Below are positions 8,598 to 18,900 of a stretch of DNA of 42,765 nt, one piece after another. The notes beneath the pieces are model-generated. The model was not told where the DNA came from and made no database searches. It saw only the letters and a list, made by a program, of their open reading frames with translations. The stretch spans positions 1-42,765 of the IMG/VR virus record IMGVR_UViG_3300045988_007228; one strand, written 5' to 3'. This stretch comes from a virus. The translations under genes were made by a program, and so were the position numbers. Position 1 is the stretch's first letter, and each line of letters starts with the position of its first letter.

Positions 8598-9956
8598 ATG
8601 GCAAAGAAAAATTACAACGGTGTCGAGTTCGACGACAGCGTGGATTATGCCGCGCTGATGGGGAAGGCTGCTGCTGCCGGGAACAACGAGAAGGCAGCCG
8701 TCCTGGAACGAAAGCGCAACGCGAAGATCCAGTCCGGCGGCATGGACTACGAGACGACAAACCAGTACGCGCAGTACCTGCCGAAGGTGGACACGCCGTA
8801 TGACACACAGACGGACTACGCCGCCCTGATGGAGAAGGCTGCGGCCTCAGGAGACTACACGAGCGCGGCCCGGTACGAAAAGCAGCGCAACGCGAAAATC
8901 AAGGGCGAGGGTCTGGACTATGAGACGAGCGATTACTACTCGAAGTACCTGCCCGAGAACCGGTATACCTACGACCCGAGCAAGAACGACGCATACCAGC
9001 GCGCGAACGATCAGGCGACTGAGATCTACGACAAGATCATGAACCGCGGCGAGTTCTCATATGACGTGAACAAGGACAAGCTCTACCAGCAGTACCGCGA
9101 TCTGTACGCGCAGATGGGGCGCGGCGCGATGGAGGACACCATGGGGCAGGCGGCGGCGCTGACCGGAGGCTACGGAAGCACCTACAGCCAGAACGCGGGG
9201 CAGCAGGCATACAACGCCTACCTGCAGAAGCTCAACGAGGTCGTGCCTGAGCTGTATACCGCAGCCTACAACCGCTACAACCAGGAAGGCCAGAACCTGA
9301 TGAACCTCTACACCATGGCGCGCAGTAACGCCGACAACGCTTACGAGCGAGACTACAACCAGTGGTACAACCGGCTGCAGCTCGAGCGCAGCGACGAGGA
9401 CACGATCTACAACCGCCAGCAAACCGAGGAGCAGAAGAAGCTCGTGCAGGATGAGACGGACTATGAGCGCAAGCAGAACGCATGGAGCCGTCTGTCGTCG
9501 CTCATCACAACGACCGGGTACCAGCCGTCGAACGATGAGCTGGCGGCGGCAGGTATGTCTGCCAACGAGGCGGCGTATCTGCGGCAGTATTACCAGCAGC
9601 AGAAGGCAGCAGCGTCAAATAAGAGTGGGGGGTCGGGCGGCGGAAGCAGAAGAAGCAGGAGCAGAAGCGGGAGCGGGAGCGGATACGGAGGCGGAGGAAC
9701 GCAGCCGGGGAAGACGGATTCACCGTCTCCGTATGCACACAAGCCCGGCAGCGGGATTACGCACAACGACATCGACATCACGGACGCGAGCGCAGTAGAA
9801 TCCGCTGCGGCCGTGGCGGGCAGAGTGAAAGAGATGATCAAGGAAGGCGTACCGATCGCGGACGTGAATGCATTCATCCGCAGCGCGTCGGAAAACGGCC
9901 TGATCTCGGACGACAGCGCCATCAGGCTGAGATACATGAATAACTCCAGGAAGTGA
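8598..9956 (+). CDS. Virion-associated protein with tandem N-terminal repeats and a Gly/Ser/Arg tract (possible ejection/internal protein)
   Basis: 452 aa. AAAGGAGG RBS. Two repeats of about 49 aa (DYAALM.KAAA.G...RNAKI..G.DYET..Y..YLP). Low-complexity SGGSGGGSRRSRSRSGSGSGYGGGG. Confidence 0.6.
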   Translation: MAKKNYNGVEFDDSVDYAALMGKAAAAGNNEKAAVLERKRNAKIQSGGMDYETTNQYAQYLPKVDTPYDTQTDYAALMEKAAASGDYTSAARYEKQRNAKIKGEGLDYETSDYYSKYLPENRYTYDPSKNDAYQRANDQATEIYDKIMNRGEFSYDVNKDKLYQQYRDLYAQMGRGAMEDTMGQAAALTGGYGSTYSQNAGQQAYNAYLQKLNEVVPELYTAAYNRYNQEGQNLMNLYTMARSNADNAYERDYNQWYNRLQLERSDEDTIYNRQQTEEQKKLVQDETDYERKQNAWSRLSSLITTTGYQPSNDELAAAGMSANEAAYLRQYYQQQKAAASNKSGGSGGGSRRSRSRSGSGSGYGGGGTQPGKTDSPSPYAHKPGSGITHNDIDITDASAVESAAAVAGRVKEMIKEGVPIADVNAFIRSASENGLISDDSAIRLRYMNNSRK

Positions 9957-9967
9957 GGGGCACATAG

Positions 9968-12900
9968 ATGACAGTCAAGAAAGCAGCAATCTCCATTGGC
10001 GATTGGCTCAAGAGCACGGGATTCTCCGCCGAGAAAACGCTTGCTTCGGCGCAGGAGCAGCGGAAAAACCTGCTGCAGCAGATGGACAACGCGAATGCAT
10101 CGTATCTAACCGGCGAGAATCGCGGCGCGCTGCAGAACGCATTCAGCAACTATCAGGCGACCATGAACGTGCTTCGCGGCGCCGGCTATGACACCGGAAA
10201 TGACGTCGACGTTCTGCGCAGAGCCGTGCACTCGTCCTTCGACTTCCAGAACCAGTTCAAGGATGAAAACGACTTCAACGTGTCGTATGCCTACCCGAAG
10301 AAATACAAGGGCAAGACCCGCACGGACGTGAATGCGGCGCTCGCGCAGCTCAAGAACACGCCGGGGGCCGAGGCGGAATATGACTGGCTGAACAAGAACC
10401 AGATGAATTACTGGTCTGCGGACGAGCTGAAGGCGCAGATCGGCGCGTGGCAGAACGAGATTTCCGGCATCGAACGGCAGCGCCGGAATATGCCGCGCAT
10501 GGCAGCTGGGAGCACAGACGCAGACTATGCCAAGCGGCAGCAGGAGGCGCTCGCGCTCTCGGGGCAGATCGATGAGCGAAAAGCGAAGATCGGGAAAGCG
10601 CAGAGCCTGCTCACGCGGAAGACCTACGATGACGAGATCAGCAAGTGGGACACGCAGATGCAGAGGGCGCTCTCCGACTACAGCAAGGCGCTGAGCGTGA
10701 GCGAGAGCGCGAACACGGAGATGGCGATGGCCGGGAACTCCGCATTTGTGGTGCAAAACAGTGACTATGCCACAAACGCGCGCAACACGGTGCGCAGCTT
10801 CGAGCAGCAGCTGCGTGATTACGGCTACAGTGACCAGCAGATTAACGGCATCCGCAACTACGCGCTCACGCAGCAGCACGCAAACGAGGCTTCGGAAATG
10901 GCACAGCAGGCAGCACAGGAGGCCAAGGAGCATCCGTGGCTTTTTTCCGCCATGTCTGTCGGCACGAATATGATGGCCGGAGCGGGTGCGCTCGACATTG
11001 CGGCACAGAATGCGCTGAACGGGACAGACCCGTTCACGGGCGAAAAAATGGCCGTCGACCGTTATACGAAATCCATGGTGCCGAGCACGGTGACGAACAC
11101 CATCCGCGGGAGCGTTTCCGAGGACATGAGCGGCATTGGGTCGTTCCTGTACAACACCGGCATGAGCATGGCAGACAGCCTGGCGACGCTGGCCGTCGGC
11201 GGCGCGACCGGCCTGCACGGCGCGGCGGACGTGATCCTCGGCGGCGCGGCGGCATCTCAGGCAATCACGGATGCGTATGACCGCGGTGCTTCTGACTCAC
11301 AGGCCATGTCGGTCGGCCTGCTCTACGGAACGGCCGAGGCGCTGTTTGAGCACATCAGCCTTGGTAAGCTGCGCACGTTCCATACGTCGGCGGCCGCCGG
11401 GAAGAAGACCGCGAAGACGCTGGTTAAGGATATGCTCAAGCAGAGCTTTGTGGAAGGCAGCGAGGAAGTCTGCACGGACATCGCAAACGTTATCTCCGAC
11501 GCGATCGTGATGGCCGACAAGAGCGAGATCAACCAGACGATCGCCGCCTATCAGGCAGACGGCATGAGCGAGGACGAGGCAACGCGCAGGGCGTGGCTTG
11601 ACTGGCTCGGACATACGGCGCAGGACTTTGCCGGAGGCATGATCTCCGGCGGCGTGATGACCGGCGGCGACATGGCGCTCAACGCCGGGATGCGAAGCGC
11701 GAATTACCGCGAGACCGGCCGACAGATCACGGCCAACGACTACGCGGACATCCTCCGCCACGCTGCAGAGGAAAGCGGCGACGAAAACCTCCGGAAGCTG
11801 GCCGGGAAGAAGCAGACGAACCGCAACACCGGCAAGCTCTACGAGGCGACACAGGAAGCAAATCTCACACAGGCAGTCTCTGACCGTCTGGGTGCGCTCG
11901 GCACGCCAGAAAACGACGTGCAGGAGCTGACCGGCCTCGTGGTCAAGCAAATCAAGGGGCAGGAGCTGACGGGCAAGGAACAGCGAAAATTTGACGCCAG
12001 CAAGCAGGCACAGCGCGCAGCGAGCGAGTATGCGTCCCTGTTCACGCGGGATGCAGACCGGACCACGAACGCATGGGCGCGCAGCCATATGCGTGACGCA
12101 GCCGAGCTGGAGCGCAACGCGATCTATGGCGGGGCGCGCAAGACTGACGCAGGGCAGACGCAGATGCATCATGCGGAGAAGAACGCCGAGGTGCAGGTAA
12201 ACGGTGAGGCCGCGCAGGTGCAGGCGCTTCGATATGACCAGGAGAGCGGCAGCGTGGAGCTGTCCGTGAAGGCCAAAAACGGCGATGTGCAGCGCGTTTC
12301 CGTGAAGGACGCCAAGCTGCCGGAGGGCACGCGCCTGCTCGCCGAGAGCGCGGAAAAATACGGCGAGACCGCGCCGCAGATGTACGCCAACTACCAGAAC
12401 GGGCAGGACGTGGAGCGCTACGCCAGCGCCTACGAGGTGGCATACTCTTACGGCCGTGCGGGCGTGAAAAACTACGCTGTGCTCGAGAACAGCGGCGCAG
12501 CATCGTATCTGACACCGGAGCAGCGGAAATTTGCCTACGAGACCGGCCTTGCCGCGGCACGCAGGGAATCGGACGCAAAGAGCGCGGCGGCCAAGAGCAG
12601 CGAAATTCAGGCCGGCAGCGTGACGCTGGAAGGCGGAAAGCTCGGAAACGTGACGCTCGCCGCCGTGAACACGGCCGGCCTGACGCGCAAGCAGACGGCG
12701 TCGATCGACGTGGCGCGCAAGGTGGCCGAGGCGACCGGCGTGAACGTCGTGTTCTTTGAATCGCAGACCGGAGAGGACGGCAAATACCTCGGCATGAACG
12801 GCGCATACCGCGATGGCACGATCTATCTGGACGTGAACGCAGGGAAGAACAACGTGGACACTGGCGAGACGGCCATCCTGAAGACGATGTCGCACGAGCT

Positions 12901-15900
12901 GACGCACTTTATCCAGCAGAACAGCGGCCAGTATGAGGCGCTGAAGGAATTTGTGACGAACCATGTGCTCGAGAGCGGCGACAGCATCGAGCGCCTTGCC
13001 CGGCAGAAGCTCGACAACGACTCGACCGGCGAGCTGACGATGGACGGCGCGATGGACGAGGTCGTGGCCGATGCGTGCGAGATGATGCTGCGCAACACCG
13101 AGGCCGTGCAGCGGCTGGCGAATGAGAACCGCAGCCTTGCCGAGAAGATCCGCGACTGGATCGGCGACTTCGTCAAGAAACTGCGTGCTGCGTTTAAGGG
13201 CGACCACGCGACGCACGACGAGGCGAGAGCCATGCTCGACCGCATGGTGGAGCTGCAGAAGATCTGGGACGATGCGCTGGTGGACGCGGCGAAGGTGAAT
13301 GCGGGGCGCGCCGGGGAGATTGCAAGCAACGGCGTGCAGGAATCGTCTCGCGGGAAGTACTGGCGGCCTGACCTGAATCAGCAGGAATGGTCGCTTTTGA
13401 ACCGGCGAATGGAAAAAGAACTCGACAGCGGCAAACAATATCTTGACGAATCCACAAAGTGGCTGTACGCTGAAGAAAAGGGTGTGAAGGTGTTCGCCTT
13501 GTACGGGGTGGGAGATGGTACTGAGGCGACCACACTGTATGCGGTCGGCGGAAAACAAGCCGCGCTGCAGAATGCGAATATTGCAGAATATGTTGAGAGG
13601 AGCAGAGAATATGACAGAGATGGACGATCTGTTGATTCGTGGGTTGAGTTGCTTCGGCGTAAGAAAGGGAGCAGGGGCAGAAATCTATCTCAGGGTCAAG
13701 GGCCAACCGGAGCTTCAGGAACGGCTCATGGACTATATGGCGGATCACCGCGAGGCAACGGCGGAAGAACTTCTGGACGTGGCTCGGAGAATCAGCGCAA
13801 AGTAAAAGAGCAGTTCTCCCTCCGCGAACCGGTGGAGCAGGTGCGTGATCTTGTCGCCGTGCATGGCCTGACGGAGCAGAACCTGCGTGGCGCACTCGCG
13901 CTCGGCGGATTGCCGATGCCAAGTATCGCGGTCGTAAAAGCTGCGCAAGGGCACAGCAAGTACGGCCCGATTTCCATGGTGTTCGGCAGGGAGAGTATTG
14001 ACCCGCAGGTTGACCCCAGGAACAAAATCTACGGCGGGGATGCCTACACGCCGACGGCACCGGCAGTGGAATATCCGGTGAACTACGACCGGATGCGCGC
14101 CGTGGAAAACCGAATCTCTGAGCTGAGCAAAAGCGTCGCCGGCGGTGTGTTCTGGAACAGCACCGCGCTTCAGCGCGCCGGTGCCGGCGAAGAGAGCAGT
14201 ATAAGCGCCGAAGAGATGGCACAGAAACTTGCCAGAGACGACAGCGTGCGCGCGGCCTATCTGGCCGATCATGGGGAAACGCTCGAGCCGGTCATGCAGA
14301 CAAAGGAATTCAACCGATACGGCAATGACGCGCTGGCGAAACTGGTGCAGAAAATCGGCGTGCAGGAGCTCGCCCACGTTGAAGCGGACATGGAAACCGG
14401 GGACTATCAGTCTGCGCGAGAGATCGAAGACACGGTGCGCCAGATTATCCGCGACAGCTACGAGGAACAGCACCGCAGATTTCTGGACCGAAAGCCGGAA
14501 CTGAAGGAAAAGCGGCTTGACCACTTCATGGATAACAATGTCCATACTTCCACGGTTGAGGATTTCATCCAAGATGCGTGGGCATTTTACGAAGATCAGG
14601 GCGCTACAGCGGACGAAGTAGACCGATTGGCTACCAGCGACAAATTGCACGAGGCGACGGATACTGAGGACGTGAAGGCGTGGCTGCTGCCACAGCTGAA
14701 ATCTGTTTTTGGCGAGCCCGGCATTTACAACGGGAAGGAGCGCTATACCGCTTCTGGAGACAGACGCAGCTTTTCGCAGCTTCATTGGGAATACACGCTC
14801 GAGAACATTGTGAGTGCGATGGCGGAAACCCAGAAGGAGCGCGGCGGCCAGACGTGGGGGACGTCGGCCGGAGCTATGCAGGCTGTCAGCGCCGAGGACT
14901 TTTCCAGCATTGATGAAGTGAAGGCTGCGAGCGGCAGACTCGGCAAAGTGGAAGGTGAGCAGTATGAAGCGGCGAAGAATGCTGTTGAAAATCTGATCGA
15001 TCAGGCGACACGCGCCGTTATGCGAGAGACGCGGCCGCACGCCGACAATTCGTTCGATGAAAGAGAAATTATCGGCGATGTTATGATGGAAGCGGCGAAG
15101 GGCAAGCGGACGGCGCGGGCCATTCAGCAGGCTTTTGCGAAAGAGGGATATTCGGTCAGTGAAGAAACTGCTCGCCGGATTCAAGAAGTGTATCAGGCGG
15201 CGGCTGCACTTTCGACGGAATATTTTGAGGCGAAGCCGCAGAGAGCGGTCGGCTTTGACGAGGTGAAAGTGGCCATTGTGCCGGACAACATCAACGCAGA
15301 GCTGAAACAGCAGCTTGAGGCCGCCGGTGTGCCCGTGCAGGAATACCGCGCCGGTGACGAGGGGCAGCGTCTTCGGATTCTGAACTCGGATAAATCGTGG
15401 CAGTTTTCCGAGCGCGACTATTCCTACGAGATACTGACAGCAAAGCCGGATATGCGTGTGACGAACGTGGAAGACCGTGTGTCATACCGGCCGGCACGCG
15501 AGGCACGCAAGGAAATCGTCGCGCGCGCGATCGCAAATGCGAAGAAAATCGGCCGGACGAACGAAAACGGCAATGCCGTGGTGCGCGTGGCAGACACGGG
15601 CGACGAGGTGATCTTGAGCGCGAAAGGGCTGCGGCACGGGCTGGACAGGCGGTTCTCTGTGAATGCGCCGGTGACGCTGAAAGCCGGTGAAATCATCCGG
15701 AATGCCATCCGCATCAACGAATTCACGCCGGAAAACGCGCAGGTGGATGCAAGCTATGCGCTGATCGGTGCAGCCAAAAACGCAAAAAACGAACCGTACA
15801 TCGTACAGTTCGTTGTAAACCGCATTTCCAATGAGGTGACAGACGTGGACGTGCTGTATGCAGTGAATGCAAAAAAAGAGCCGGGTGCATTGCTGCCAGA

Positions 15901-18900
15901 CGTCACCGGCACGGATGTGCCAGCTATTCTTACCGACTCTGCTATCAGTATACGCTCGCTCCTGGACTATGTCAATCGGTATTTCCCGGATGTTCTGCCG
16001 GAAAGTGTGCTCCGGCATTATAGCTACGAGCGCAGACCTGCTGGGAAACTCGGAGAGAGTGCGCTTTATCAGCACCGCGACGACACGCGGACAGACCGCG
16101 ACGTGCTCTCCGATGCTGCGGACGGCGACGCGGCCAACGTGCGCGAGATGGAGATGCTGCGCGATTACCGGGAGAAACTGCAGAAATACAGCTCGCTCAC
16201 ACGGAGGCTGGAGCAGCAGCGCGAGCTTGCGCAGAACGCGGAAAGCAAGGAGGAGCGCCTGAAGGCGAGAAACCGCGCGGACAACCTGGCTGCGCAGGTG
16301 AGCCGAGCGGACGCGCAGCTCACGCGGATGCAGAACGCGAAACCGCTGCGCGAGCTGGTGGCGCGCGAGCTGAAGACGCGCGACAGCCTGGCTAAGGAAA
16401 ACGCCATGCTGCGCGACCGCGTGGAGTATTTGCGTGGGCAGATGCAGCGCACGAAAGAGGCAACCACAGACCCGAAAGCCGTGCGGGAAGCCGCAAAGGA
16501 TATCATTGAGCGGACCGGCAGCAGCATCGGCGTGGACGAGGTGATGAGCCAGCTGCAGGAGCTGTACGACGGCATTGCCCGCGCGACCGGAGACAACGGG
16601 CTTACCTACGCGGAGATTCAGCAGCGCGCGGACGATCTCGCACACGACATTTTGAACGACGTGACTGCCGTTGACGACACGATGTACCGCGAGTATGAAG
16701 ACCTGCGGAGGTATTTCAAGGGTCAGCAGCTCGTCGTGTCCGCGGCTGACCGCGGGGAAATTCCGGACTTCGGAGATTTCCGACGGAGAAACATGGGCCG
16801 AATGCGGCTGAAAAACGGCGAGCGGACGAACGTTGACCAGGTTTACGCAGAGCTGAGTGAGCTGTACCCAGAATTCTTTGACCAGAACCGCGAGAGCCAG
16901 CCGAGCGACCAGCTATACCGCATTGCCGATGTGCTGGACGCGGTGTACTCCGTGAACGAGTACAACCCAAACGCGCAGTATATGCGCGAAGCGACGCAGA
17001 GTGTGAGCAACGAGATCCTTGAGCAGTTTTTCGACCTGCCGCAGCAGAGAACGTTTGCCGACCGGCAGGCGAAGAAGGACGAACAGCAGAAGACGCACTA
17101 CCTCAACCAGATCAACGAGCTGCGCAAGGCCAATGACACGCGCATCGCGGAGTTGCGGGCGCAGAACCGCAAACGGCTGCAGGAAGCCATAGCAAGAGAG
17201 CGCGAGAAACGCGACGAGCAGATTGCGCGGCTGAAAGACAGGAACGCGGCAGATAAGGCGCGCCGCGAGGAAAGCGCGGCCGTGGCGAAATACCGCCCAC
17301 GCATCGAGCAGAAGGCGAAGCGCCTGAGCGATTGGCTGCTGAAAAACAGCGATAAGGAGCACATCCCGGAGCCGTTGAAGCTGGCAGTGGGCGAGTTCCT
17401 GGAATCCATTGACTTTACAAGCAAACGTGCGCTGGACGGCGGCGCGCTGACGAAAAAGGACATTCAGCGTTCGCTCCGGTATACTGACCGGATGCAGAAG
17501 CTGCTGGACAGCCTGCGTGGGCAGAACGAGGACGGCACGAGCGACCTCGGGCTGTATCTGGACATTCCGGACGGCTTCCTCGAGGAGATGCAGACGCATA
17601 TCAGCATTGCTGCCGATATCATCAGTCAGAACCCAGGAGAGAGCGTTGTCAGCAAGATGAAACTGGAGCAGCTGCAGCAGCTCGACCGGATGCTCACGAT
17701 CCTGACGCGCAGCATCCAGAACGCGAACAAACTCAAGGCAAATGCGCACTTTGAGACTGCACGGCAGGCGGCGCAGGCGACGGTGCTGGAGCTCGACCGG
17801 CTGGGGCAGGCCAAAGGAAGATCGCAGCGCGGAGAGAAAGTGGCTGGTTTCTTCAGCTGGGAGAACACGACACCGTACTACGCTTTCCAGCGCTTCGGTG
17901 AGGGCGGCAAGGCGATCTTCGAGGCACTGTCGGCCGGCTGGGATCAGATGGCCTTCAACACGAAGTCGGTCATGAGATTCACGGAGCAGACATACAAGCC
18001 GGAAGAAGTAAAGGCGTGGTCGAAGGAAACGCACACGATCGAGCTCGAAAGCGGAAAGACCGTGAAGATGACGACTGCGCAGATGATGGCGTTTTACTGC
18101 CTGTCGAAGCGCGAGCAGGCCGTCGGCCATCTCCTTGGCGGCGGTATGCGCGTGGAGGACATCCAAAACAGTGGGCGCAAGGGGAACATCAAGCAGGCGA
18201 AGCCGTTCCTGCTGACGCAGGAGGACATCATCAAGATCAACGGCGCGCTCACAAAGCGGCAGCGTGAGGTGGCGGACAAGCTGCAGAAGTACATGACGCA
18301 GCAGGGCAGCGAGTGGGGCAACCGCGTGTCGATGGAACGCTTTGGATATCGCGCGTTCACTGAGGAGAACTACTTCCCCATCGAGACGATGGACTCCGAC
18401 CGCGACGAGAGGGGCGTCCCGCAGAAAGAGAACGATATGTTCCGCCTACTCAATATGTCCGCGACGAAGAGCCTCGTCTACAAGGCGAACAACGCGCTCG
18501 TCGTTCACGACATCTTCGATGTGTTTGCAAACCACATGACGGACATGGCAAAGTATGACGCGCTGGCGCTGCCGATCCTCGACGCGATGAAGTGGTACAA
18601 CTACCGCGAGAAGCAGAAGCTTGAAAACGGTCACGTGCTCACGACGACGGTGCAGCGGTCGCTCGAACAGGCATACGGCACGGACGCCAACAAGTATTTC
18701 ACGACGTTCATCAAGGACCTGAACGGCGTGAACGAAGGCGGCCGCGGGGAGGGCTTTGCGAAGAAGATGCTCTCCAACTACAAGGTGGCGGCCGTGGCTG
18801 CGAACCTGCGTGTGGCGCTGCTGCAGCCGACAGCGTATGTGCGCGCGGTCGGCGTGATGGACCCGAAGTATCTCGTAAAGGCGTTCGCGGAGGGAAAAAG

